Assembly (NCBI GenBank): GCA_951406725.2
Contig: OX597825.1
Location: 59,148,001-59,212,000 of the forward strand
Direction: 5' to 3'
Origin: Octopus vulgaris
Taxonomy: Eukaryota
DNA: 64,000 nucleotides
Below, piece by piece: positions 38,236 to 50,109 of this stretch; within the stretch, counting starts at the first letter, position 1; every line of letters begins with the position of its first letter. The notes under the pieces are model-generated. The model had not been told where the DNA came from and ran no database searches. It was given only the letters and a program-made list of their open reading frames with translations. Both the position numbers and the translations under genes were made by a program.

Positions 38236-38889
38236 AGTTTGTATATATATATATACATATATATACAGCTGCATAATTAAGTCCTGTCTTGTATTAAATT
38301 TCTCTCATTACAGTGTATTATTACGATGCACTATCAATGCAGTATCACACAATAAAAATTATAATCTTTCCGACTACTGCCTTCACAAAGACTAAACAGG
38401 CTTATCCTGTCTCTTCATAAGCTCATCTCATTAAGTGTTCAGAATAATTTTTCCATCGTCTTGGCTTAACAGTCCTCATCATTTGTTTTTACTGTTTTGT
38501 TCTCCTTGTTCTGTCTTTTACTGTTTTAACTTTTTTATTATTTTTACTGTTTTGTTCTCACCCTCCGCAAAAAAACCCAAATTTTATTTAATTTGTTTTG
38601 TGGGAAGGACTGGTTCAATGAAGTCGCGTCTTGTCCTTACCTTCAAAACGCAGAGTAGTTGAAACAGGGACAACTGAAAAAGGGGAATATTCTTTATGTT
38701 GTATGTCTCGTTTTTTGTTTTTTGCGTTGTTTGAAAAAAAGTTTGTTTCTATGTTTTCGTTTCTCATTGTGTTCAACGTTTTTCTGATGACGTGTACCCA
38801 TATATGCATATATTTATATATATATATATATATGTAGGTATGTACATATATGCATGTATATATGCATATATTTATATATTATTTATATT

Positions 38890-38921
<32 letters not shown>

Positions 38922-39994
38922 CTTTAAAATCTTAAAAAAGTTTCAGCTTCAAGTTGTGGTCTTGCTAAGGCTAGCAAGTTCAGGCAGGGTGTAAGGTTAT
39001 TACATTGATCTTCAGGGCTGAACCGGTACTTAATTTATTGACTCCGAAAGAATGAAGGGCTAAGTTAACTTTGGCAGAAATTGAACTCATAATGTAAATT
39101 GAACTCATAATGTACCAAGCATTTTGCTTGGTACAATAACAATTCTGCCAGCTTTCCATCTTATATAGAAAACAATTATGACAAAGAACATTGTAAGGTA
39201 AAGGCATAAGCATGAGTGTTTCAATTTTCTAAGTGGCCACTTGATGTTGTGTGAAAGAGGGATGGGGTGTATGAGTGTGAGTAAGAGATAGAGGGATGGT
39301 GAAGGAGTAGAGCTGTTGAAGTTACTACTTTACACACTTGTAGTTCAATGTGTAATACTGTGTCACATTTGGTTAACTATTTTATGCACCATAACATTCA
39401 GTGAGTGTTTGGCCAACATCTTTATGTACCCCAATGATTCCTGAACATTTTTGGGCTGCAGCCCTCTTGGCACTCAGGCCACATTCCTAGCAATCTCCAC
39501 CACTCACCAAGATAAACATTGACAACTTTCTGCATCAAATTCAAAGCAACTGCATTTCGCAAATAAAACTCAACCTAATTAACCCATTATTTTGTTGTTT
39601 TTGCATCCATCACCGCCTTTTGGGCCACCCTAATATTGCCCCACTTTCCTTCAATGCCCTCCTCCCTTGATCTTTCCACTGCCTCCAAGAGAGTTGTACC
39701 ACACACTTTACGAACCACTGATGCACCCTAATACTACATGAGTACATAGCTGACCTCTATGTGTCATAACATTATTTTCATTCTAATGTTCACTTTTCCG
39801 GATCTGCGTGAGTCAAATGCAATTTGTTGAGGCAGATTTTCTATGGCCAGATATCCTTCCTAGCACTGACTCATTTGTTTCAAAGGAAGGCTTCTAGCTT
39901 GAAACCAATCCAGTTTTATGTACATATCCAGGAATACGACACATCTTAAGATGATCTTAATAGTTTGAAAAATAATCTTAATTCTAAGTAAACA

Positions 39995-40360
39995 CAGATT
40001 AAAAAGCTTGCTTTGTAACCATCTAGTTTGGGGTTCAGTCCCACTGCATAGCATGTCGACTCAGCATCTTCTACTATAGTCTTGGGCCAACCTATCCCTT
40101 GAAAGTGAACTTGGTAGATAGAAACTGTGTGAAGCCTTCGTGTGTGTGTGTGTGTGTGTGTAACTATGTTCCCACACCACTTGACAACTAACAAGTGTTT
40201 GTTTACATCCCTATAACTTAGTATTTCAGCAAAGAGACCGATAGAATAAGTATGGAGCTTAACAAAAAAAAAAACAAACAAAAAAAAACTGGAGTTCAAC
40301 TAAAACCCTTAAAGGCAGTACTCCAGCATGGCCATAGTCCAATGACTGAAACCAGTAAGA
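39995..40360 (+). mobile_element. SINE family C, diverged
   Basis: GGGTTCAGTCCCACTG...CTCCAGCATGGCCATAGTCCAATGACTGAAAC. Confidence 0.8.
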
Positions 40361-40883
40361 CATGAAAAGATTCATTGTGAGCAAATGTGATAGGTTGAAC
40401 AGGAGAACATGCGCGATTACATCTTGTTTGAAGAAGTATTTTTCAGAAAGCCGGATCAACACTTTCCGACAACGGAACATTCAAATATGAAGTGTGAAGG
40501 TGGAACCAACTAGTAAACCAGGATGTGTGTGGTGAGTAGGACTGAAGAGCTTATTCAAGCATATACAGTAACAATGACCACTTGAAATGGGACTGGTACC
40601 TTTTGAGTGTCAAGTAAATTCAAACCTTCAGTGCAGTATGCTTTTCTTAGAGGCTTATCTGTACACATAACATTTGTATGACAGTCTTCAGTGTTTCCTA
40701 GCTCTTGTCCCATTCTTCACTTGTTTACTGATCAAGTCTGTGATAGTTGTAAACAGGAAGACTTATCTAACCCACACAGATGACACTGAGTAACATTTGT
40801 ATGCGTGGGTGAAATAAAAACTTGTGGTGTTTGTGCCTTTTCCTGAAATCATTATCCAGTGAGAATGGAGAACAGCTTACATA

Positions 40884-41446
40884 TTAGGTTGTCCGGAAAG
40901 TTTGTGCCAATTTATAGTAGCTTATCTTTCGACTTATTTTAGAACATAGCTGAGTCCATAAAATAGGATTTGACTACACCTCCATTTAGAGCACAGTTTA
41001 AGCTATCTTTGTGTGGAAGAAGGTTTATGTTCCTATAACCTGTGTTAATTCCGTAACCCTTTAAAATGGAAGATAAAGTTCATTTTCGGCACTTAATGCT
41101 TTGGGAACCAGACAAAAATTGCTGCAGCTTGGCTGGGATGTGTTACTCCACCCTCCATATTCACCAGATATTGCTTCTTCAGATTTCCACTTATTCAGGT
41201 TTCTGCAGAATAGTCTTAATGGTAAAAATTTTAATTCCTTGAATGACATAAAAAGATACCTTGATGAATTCTTTGCCATGAAACCATCTCAATTCTGGGA
41301 AGAGGGTATTTTCAAGTAAAAGGAAAGATGGAGACACATTGTGTAACAAAATGGTTCATATTTGATTGATTAAAAATGTAATGGCAAGTATTTATTGATC
41401 TTTTTCTTTCCTTTAAAAATCAGCACAAACTTTCCAGACAACCCAA
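40884..41446 (+). mobile_element. Internally deleted mariner transposon (563 bp), probably mellifera subfamily
   Basis: TA-flanked TIRs TTAGGTTGTCCGGAAAGTTTGTGCCAATTT and AAATCAGCACAAACTTTCCAGACAACCCAA. N-terminus MEDKVHFRHLMLW (ATG 41066) is fused out of frame to C-terminal TRQKLLQLGWDVLLHPPYSPDIASSDFHLF...FWEEGIFK. Confidence 0.93.
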
Positions 41447-41584
41447 TACTAAGTCAATTAAAAACTTACCACTGTTCCATCTTGAAGATGGTAGTGATGT
41501 TGATAATGTCACTGGTGGTGATGATGACAATGAAGATGTAGATGGTGGTGATGGTGACGATGACAACAATAATAAGAATGGTTT

Positions 41585-42055
41585 CACAATTTGGCACATG
41601 GCCCAGAATTTTTAGGAGGAGGTGGGGTAAGTCAATTACATTGACCTCCAGTGCTCAAATTGTACTCATTATTTTGACCCTGAAAGGATGAAAGGCAAAG
41701 TCGACCTCAGTGGAATTTGAACACTTATTGAAAAGAAGCGGAAAAAATGTTGCTAAGCATTTAGTCTGACATGCTAACAATTTTGCCAACTTGCCATAAT
41801 AACTGTCACAATAATAGAGGTGTTATTATTTAGCCCCAGAAAGGTGGCAAACTGCCAGAATAGTTAGCATGCTGGACGAAATGCTTAGCAGTATTTCACC
41901 TGTTGTTATGTTCTGAGTTCAAATTCCGCTGAGGTCAACTTTGCCATTCATCCTTTTGGGGTTGATAAATTACGTACCAGTGAAACACTGGGGTTGATGC
42001 AATCAACTAGCCCCACCACCCCAATTTCAGGCTCTGTGCCTATAGTAGAAAGGAT
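41585..42055. mobile_element. Head-to-head pair of family D SINEs (minus 41585-41795, plus 41841-42055)
   Basis: GAAAGGATGAAAGGCAAAGTCGACCTC versus GAGGTCAACTTTGCCATTCATCCTTTT. Confidence 0.8.
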
Positions 42056-44129
42056 TATTTAGCCCCAGGACAGCTCTGACTGGACAGTCCCATAATCAGA
42101 AATGTTCAAGCCTTAATTGTCTTATCTTTTGTACATCCAAATATGATATAGCCCATTTTTTTTTTTCAAAGCAGCCAGGTTTTATCTAAGGGAATTTTAG
42201 CTGCTATGTCTAACCATGAAGAGGCTCTATCATTTGTTCATAATAAAAACAGTAATCAATTTTGAAACTGTTGATGTATAACTCTTTCATCCTTGCTAAA
42301 GTGGACATATAACGTTACAGATAGTCAACCAAAAGGCAGAGTACAAGTCAAAGACTAGTAGGAGGGACAGAGAAAGATATCCTGAAACAAGGGACCTAGC
42401 CTGAGAGTTTGTAAACAGAGTGGACTCTGCTTAGCCCTTCAGCACTCAGGTTACTGTCATGTAATACTTATTCACATTGTTGTGTATTAATCATGCATTA
42501 TCTCATAGCTTCAAAATTTCAGCAATATGATTGTTTATTTTTAGAATGACATTGTAGAGCAGGTATAAAAGGCCAGATATTGCCAGTTTGAATACAAAAC
42601 ATATAGAATATTTTGTTTGACTTCAGTGGAATTTGAACTTAGAGGCAATAACCTATCCAATGCTCTGATGATTGCCAACTGCCAATTCACTATCTTATAT
42701 TATTCCTGTATTTCTCCAAGGCCAGTATAAACAGCACATATAACATACTAAAGGCAGTTCAATAACAATAGGAGCCTCCCTGCCTGCCTACCAAACTACA
42801 TAATGACTAGTTAAAGATAAAAATCGTTTGTTTGTTAAACTAATCAAATCAGACAAAAAGTTTAAATTTATTCAAAAGAAAAAAAGTAAACAAAATGAGG
42901 AGTTAAATTCAATCAGAATTGGTAAATAGAAGACTGGTTTTGGGTTCCATTTTAAATATGACCCAGTTATTCAGATTCTATTAAAAGACAAGAATGGAAA
43001 TCTTTTACATAGCTTTGAAGAATTATTTCTCTATAGGAATGGAAGAAAAACAAACAAAAAAAATCAATATGCTAAAAAAAATGTATAATAAAAGATAAAG
43101 AACAGCAGGTGGTATCTTTCTTGGAGAATCTTTTATTTTCTAAGAGAAAGGATTAAATAGATGGATAGATACATAGAGACAGTGGGAGAGAGAGACAGGG
43201 AGAGGAGAGAGAATAAGGTGAAAGAGAAAGGAAAAGAGGAAAGACAGAAAAAGAGCAGTATACAGAGAGAAACAAAGAGATTGGTAGAGCTAGCATATTT
43301 GTTAAAAGTATGATTGGGGAAAAATACCCAGGTACACCCACTGCATGGAAACTAAATAGTAAAATGGATGCAAGTATATTTGATGTAGCAAGGCAAGAAC
43401 CCAGAACCATGTGGTTGGGAAGCAAGCTTCTTATTACACAGCCACACATGTATATCTGAAATTACTGTTTACAAAATATGAATATATACATATATAGAAC
43501 ATAGGAATTTTATATATATCATCACTGTCAACACTTTAATCATTATCCTTATCCTTAGTATGTGGGTTGGAGAAGTATGCAAATTTTGCATTTTTCCAGT
43601 GGGGGTAGATTGATATCATAGAGTTGTCTCTAAAGTGAAGAGAATCAGTTTGATATTTGCAAAGTTTTTCTTCCCTTTTGGGTTACGTGATAAAATTTTT
43701 GCATATATGTGAGTACATTTGTGTGCATGTATATGCGTGCATGCGCACGTGCAAGAGAGAAAGTGAGAGAGAGAGAAATAATATTTTGTGCCTGAGGATG
43801 CATATGCATGTGTTGACTTTTTTTTGATAAACAACAACTGCAGCAATAATCGCAACTACAATAATGACTACACCACACCAGATATAACATGACAACAACA
43901 ACAACAACAAGTGTTGCTGCTGCTGCTACTACTACTACTACTTCTACTACTACAATAACGAATCACAACAAACAGTATTTTAATATATGAGTCTTAAGGA
44001 GATGCTAAAACATTCTGCATCACCTGCTGATTTCTATTGTTGTTACATATGCAACGTAGTATCTGCATACTATTATAATGCTCGACCACTCGCACATGAA
44101 TGTGGGCAAACAAGCACAAACATATTGTC

Positions 44130-44158
44130 ATGACTGCACATGTACATACACGCATATG

Positions 44159-44189
<31 letters not shown>

Positions 44190-44362
44190 GCATGTATATG
44201 TGTGTGTATATATATATATATATGTGTGTGTATGTGTGTATATATATGTGCATGTGTGTGTGAATGTGTATGTATATATATATGTGCATGTGTGTGTGTA
44301 TGTGTATGTATGTATATATATGTGCATGTGTGTGTGAATGTGTATGTATATATATATGTGCA

Positions 44363-44393
<31 letters not shown>

Positions 44394-44486
44394 GTATGTA
44401 TATATATATATGCATGTGTGTGTATGTGTATATATATACATATATGCATGTGTGTGTGTGTATGTGTATATATATACATATATGCA

Positions 44487-44517
<31 letters not shown>

Positions 44518-44519
44518 GC

Positions 44520-44553
<34 letters not shown>

Positions 44554-44665
44554 GCATGTGTGTGTATGCATGTATATATATGTGTGCATGTATGTATATA
44601 TATATATATATATATGCATGTGTGTGTGTATGTATATATATATATATATAATATATGTAATATAT
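44130..44665. repeat. Compound (TA)n/(TG)n/TGCA microsatellite
   Basis: Direct inspection. Confidence 0.95.
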
Positions 44666-45379
44666 GTAGGCTTAGAAGTTTGCCTTCAGGCTACAAGCAA
44701 TCCTTTTGTGACATCATTCCTTTATCTTTCCAACTACAAAAGGCCATTATTGATAGAATGTATGAGGGTACGCAAATTCTTTCCTGAATATTTCCGCTAA
44801 CATCAGATTTTATATATTTTTATCTTGACCACTATATCTCTGCTATATTGATATTATAATGAATACACAACAAGATTTGCACTACACTGCATGTATAACC
44901 ATGCTAGTAGCTTGTAAATATACAGTTAGGTTCAGACTATACTACAGAGAAAACTAAGCTAGCTATTATATTAAGTAGAGAGGTGGATTCACACTATACT
45001 TCATATAAAACTATGTCAGTATTATAGTAAACATACTGCTAGGTTAACACCATACTACACTCGAAAATACAATAGTATTATATACAATATACCGTAAAAT
45101 TAGCACATACAAAACGGTTCAATAATGTGGTTTCAGGTTTACAAGTCGATGTAGTATATAGTGAGTGTAAACTTTCAAAAATCCTCACTGTCATCCCAAA
45201 TCCTGTTAGATTTCACATGGAGGTTTTGATCTTCCAAAGATGTCTTGGTGTATAAGTCGACCTACCACTTTTGGTTGTAAATTTTGGTCTACAAAATTTG
45301 ACTCATATGCAAGAAAATATATTGTATATAAAATTATTCTGTGGTATTAAATATGTTTAAACCACATTACTTCATAAGG

Positions 45380-45600
45380 AACATAGGGCCAGTTTTCAGG
45401 TTTCTCTGGCATATATGTTCCTCCCTGGATGAGACGCCAGTCCATCTCAGCGTTACTCATTTTTGCCTACTGAGTAGACTGGAGCAATGAGAAATGAAGT
45501 GTTTTGCTCAAGAATACAATGCATTGCTCGGTCCAGGAATTGAAACCACAATCTTACAATCAGGAGTCCAACATCTTACCCACTAAGCTATGTGCCTCTA
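45380..45600 (-). mobile_element. tRNA-derived SINE, head B with tail-3 variant
   Basis: Reverse complement homology to 7342-7570. Confidence 0.8.
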
Positions 45601-45771
45601 CTATTGTATTGACCATAATGATGGTGAATTGGCTGAATCATAAGTATGTTGGACAAAATGCCCAGAAATATTTAGTTAACAACCTTTTACAATCCAGGTT
45701 CAAATCCTAACAAGGCCAACTTTGTTTTTTTTCCTCATTTCAGGAGTTAATAAAATAAAATACAAACCAAT

Positions 45772-45991
45772 TGCTGAGACTAGAAGGCAATGAGGTAACG
45801 TAACTAACTACAACCCTCATTTACAATTCCAGATGGTTCTTGGACCTCATATTACTGATTTCCTCCACAAAACAGGGGTAATGCCAGCACATCAGAGAAA
45901 TGAGACCTGCAAGGTGGAGTGGTTGTTGCAGTGAGTGTTGGTGGCCATTCTCCACAACGCCATTACAGTCATTACTGTGGGGTATGGCTGA
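45772..45991 (+). pseudogene. Possible C-terminal fragment of a restriction-like-endonuclease non-LTR element (CRE-like)
   Basis: Translation from 45833 is MVLGPHITDFLHKTGVMPAHQRNETCKVEWLLQ*VLVAILHNAITVI. It resembles the recalled pattern G..GP....FL..........E..(W/F)L.QR.SVA.....NA. Confidence 0.45.
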
Positions 45992-46599
45992 ACACACCAT
46001 TTGCTCTGGGGTATGTGGCCCATCACCCCTTCCCTCCGCCTTATGCTGCTTTATTCTTACTTTTTCCTTTTCTTTTCCTGTCTTATCTCTTCTTTTCTTA
46101 TCTCTCATTTTTCCTGTTCTTTTGTATTTAAATTTGAAACTTTATGCCTATATGTTGCTGATATAACTATTAGTACTATAATATATACAGCTATGCTAAT
46201 GCTAGTACACACAAGGCTGTGTGAGTACACAAAGAGCTATGTTAGTATACAACCAAGCTTCACATATCTTTCAAGGTTGAGTGGCTAGCTGTTGGAAAAA
46301 CATCTAAATGTAAAAACAGTCTGGCAATTGAACTTGAACCTTTCATTACCATATTTTATACTCTCTTCTGTAAGCTTTCCTATGTAAAAACAGTTGCTTT
46401 AGCAAAAGTCATCTCCGTAAACAAAAAAATATAAGGGGAAAAAGGAAAAAAGTCATGTAACACAGCAGAGGTCATATATGAGTTATTGGTATCTGAAAAT
46501 ATAATATATATATAATGCACACAGGCCCACATAATTTTAAGCTTGCCCACACATACATTCACATGTGCTCACCCTGCTTCACACACACATTCAAATACA

Positions 46600-46892
46600 C
46601 CATTCTTGCATACATACATGCGCTTGTGCACCTTAGTTCACCTGAGTCGCCATTGTTATCTCCCTTTCACTCAGCCTCTCTCTTCTGATCTTATCATGTT
46701 GAACTGTTAATCCCTGCACATTTTTCTGTTTTTGTTGTTTGTTCTCTCTCTATTTCTTTTTCTTTTCAATCCTTTCTGACAAAGTGCGCAGGCTCGAAAC
46801 GTCAACGACTTTTCCATTCTTCCTGAGTGTCAAACTAATACACTTTCTTGTTCCCTCACCTGTCTTTGTCTTTTTGTAAATTTGAACTATAT
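46600..46892 (+). mobile_element. Penelope-like terminal-repeat remnant with a degenerate hammerhead (46772-46807)
   Basis: cttt-CTGACAA-A-GTGC-gcag-GCTC-GAAAC-GTC-aacg. Downstream CCTGAGTGTCAAACTAATACA...CACCTGTCTT matches the reverse complement of 38075-38125. Confidence 0.65.
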
Positions 46893-47512
46893 GATATATG
46901 AGTGTGTGTGTGTAATGAAGCATGCAAGTCCTGTGCTGATCTAAAAAGGCATTTAACTATCCACAAATCTGTCAAGACAAGCAACACTTGAGGTGAAACA
47001 TATTTGTACTGTTGGTAAAGCAAATTTCAAACAACTCTCAAGACTCAAAAGCCACTTACTCACTAGAAGTGGTCAAATTTTGAATAGGGGCAGACTACTT
47101 CTCTCTCTCATATGTGTGTGTGAGGGGAGATATTAGATAATTTTTCTCACACTTTTATTATCAAGTTAAATAAATGTCCTTTGGAGAATTATTTCTGTTG
47201 CAAGCATTCAGGTTAAGTTCATGAGTCTGAGAAAGCAAGATAATGAGTCTGAGAAAGCAAGGTTTCAAGTCTTGCAAGAAGTCATGAGTATAGCTCTTTC
47301 ACCTCTGACAAAACCCACAACAAAAAAAAAAAAAAAGAAAAAAAAGAGTCTCTACAACAAACAAGATAATTTATTTGTATTATTTATAATAAACCAAGAA
47401 TACATTTGTTTCTCAGATTGCAAATGGGTCTTCTTAAAGAGCCAACTAATTTGGAATCACAATTCTTTAGTTATCAAGCCCAGGTTTTGAATAAACATTA
47501 CAATTCACAAAT

Positions 47513-47803
47513 TATAGGGTAAGTGTGAGAGGTCAAATCCAGTCAGTTTGAACATACGACAAATTATTTGGGCTGAATATGGCCCATTTAATGCCTTAAT
47601 ATTTAAATTGGCCAAATCTAGCCCAAATACTCTACCTGGTTTTTGTTCAAACCAGCTAGATCCTGCCTCTCACACATACCATACAATGTCATTTGAAAAA
47701 TAAACAGTCACATCATTGAAATCTCAAAGCTATGAGATAATGCATGATTAATATGAATAAATATGCATTTTATTTGACAGTAATCCGAATGCTATAGGAT
47801 TAG
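47513..47803. mobile_element. Tail-to-tail M1 MITE fragments
   Basis: Plus-strand 3' half at 47513-47595 abuts a minus-strand copy at 47596-47803. Confidence 0.7.
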
Positions 47804-49237
47804 CCAAGTACTGCAAAGCATTTTGTCTGATACATTAATGGATTGGTAGAATCATTGGAAAAAAAAATATACCTTGCAGCATTTCTACCAGCACTTTTTA
47901 CTATGAGTTCAAACCCTACTCAGCTGAACTTCACCTTTCATCCTTTTGATGTAGATAAAGTACCAGTCAAATACTGGGGTTGATTGTATCCAACAAACCC
48001 CTTCCACCCAGCACATTGCTGGCCTTGAGGCAAAATCTGAAACCATTATTATTATTAACATTAGTAGTAGTAGTAGTAACAGCAGCAGCAACAGCCATCC
48101 AAGAATTTGAACCTGGAGATCTCCACCTCCCAGTGGTGTTGAGCATCAATGAAGAGCCCTCGACTACAACAAGATGACCAAAGTTTTTTTTTTCCAAGGT
48201 CTGGGGTCTCCTGCCCCTTAGCCCTGGACCATCACCTAATCACCCTTACCCGTCTTGTTGCTTAACAACAACAACAACAACAGCAGCAGCAATATATAGT
48301 AACACACACACACACACACATGCATTCTTCCACAATATTTTGCATCTGCAACAACTGTAATTATTGCTAATTCTGATTGTTACAAACACTACATCCTCTG
48401 AAACATTCTACAATTACTACTACTACCACCACCACCACCACCACTACTACTACTACTACTGCCACCACTACTACTACAAAAATTATTGTTGCACACACAC
48501 GCATGCATGATAATCTGCATCTGCAAATACATACTGCTATAATAAGTAAGATGACTGATGCACTTTCAGCTATTTTGTCTTGATTTAATCTGTCTTTTTC
48601 TTCTTAAAGAAAACCTCATGCATTTGCTCTCACTATGCAATGCTATTGCTGCACATGTTCTGTTACTGCTGTTGCAGTTGCAGCTGTTATTACTGTTGCT
48701 TTACACTGTTGAGAGTGGTGTCGTGGAGGAAACTGATCTGCCAATTTCAGGAACTCTTGGAGTGAATACTCACACTGGAGCCTATTAACTCTTTTGATCT
48801 CCTCTAGTTCTTTTATACAGAACGTCCTGTTTTACAGTTTGCATCTACATTTAAACTTTCTAACACAATTTCATAAGAACATATCAGTAAGTTATGTTCA
48901 AAACATCCTCTTAATGAACGAAGAAGTTACTTTGTTAATTCATTTCTTTGAATGTTTTATGTCGTTTTTTCCGATCTAGCATGGGTTAGATGAATATATC
49001 AATGCAACATTATTTTACAGTCGAATGCCCTTCCTGTCTCTAACCTGTACCCATTTTGCAAGTAAGAGATTGTTTTTATTTCACAGGTCATCAAAGGTGT
49101 GAAGTGAGCAGACAATCTCCTGACAGGAGAAATTACCAACAAACAACACTTGTAGCTCATGATGTTTGTAGAGAGAAAATGTAAGCAAACACACACAAAC
49201 CCATATACATAAAACAACAATGATATATATATATATC

Positions 49238-49720
49238 AGGTGCAGGCATGGCTGTATAGTTAAGACATTTGCTTCCTGGGCACATGTTTTTGGGTTCAAT
49301 CCCACAGCCTGGTACCTTGGGTAAGAGAGTCTTCTATGAAAGCCCTGGGCTGACAGAGCTTTGTAAGTAGATTTGTACACACAAACTGATAGAAGCCTGT
49401 TGTGTGTGTGTCTGTGTATCTGTACGTATGTACATATGTATGTATGTATGTATGTATGTATGCATGCATATATGTTTGAGTGTGAGTATGTTTGTGTCCC
49501 CTCGTCTTAACATTGCATAATAGTTGTAAATGAGTGTCACTGTCATACAAGCAGTGTCATTTATTTCCAATGTTCTGTGTAAATATGTCTGGTCATAGAG
49601 AAGTATTCTCTTCCTTGGAAAAAGGTGAGGATTGGCAACAAGAAGGGTATCCAGTCACAGAAAATTTGCCTCAATAAACTCTCAGACCCATGCAAGTATG
49701 GAAAGGAGGACATTAAAACA
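49238..49720 (+). mobile_element. Family C head joined to an alternative tail ending in a family E-like 3' end
   Basis: GGTGCAGGCATGGCTGTATAGTTAAG...microsatellite...GTTGTAAATGAGTGTCACTGTCATACAAGCAGTG...GAAGGGTATCCAG...CCCATGCAAGTATGGAAA. The same tail is on the minus strand at 400-610, 28085-28335 and 32530-32690. Confidence 0.7.
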
Positions 49721-49724
49721 ATCA

Positions 49725-49790
<66 letters not shown>

Positions 49791-50109
49791 TTGAAGCATC
49801 ATTCTGTTACTACTCTGAATTTACTCATTTCTTCATAAATATTCGAGAATGGAAATGAGGGAAACTCAAACTCTATTGTGTTATATAGTTGCATAATGTT
49901 TCCCCTACTGCCAACATAGTCATGAGAGCAACCATTGCCACTCTCATTGATACTGAGTTACTAAGACAAAGGACATAACTACATGGGCCTCAGTCTGTCC
50001 AGCTAACACCAGCTGTTCTACAATCCTACAAATTAAGAAACCAGCAATATATGACAACCATTTCAGGCTTTTTGGACATTTGTCCAGCAAAGAAGAAATA
50101 CCCAGCTGT

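Noticed and set aside
40403-40513. Frame ENMRDYILFEEVFFRKPDQHF, faintly like a Ras-association domain
   Set aside because: Short, terminated by a stop before the nearby donor site, and the acceptor is weak.
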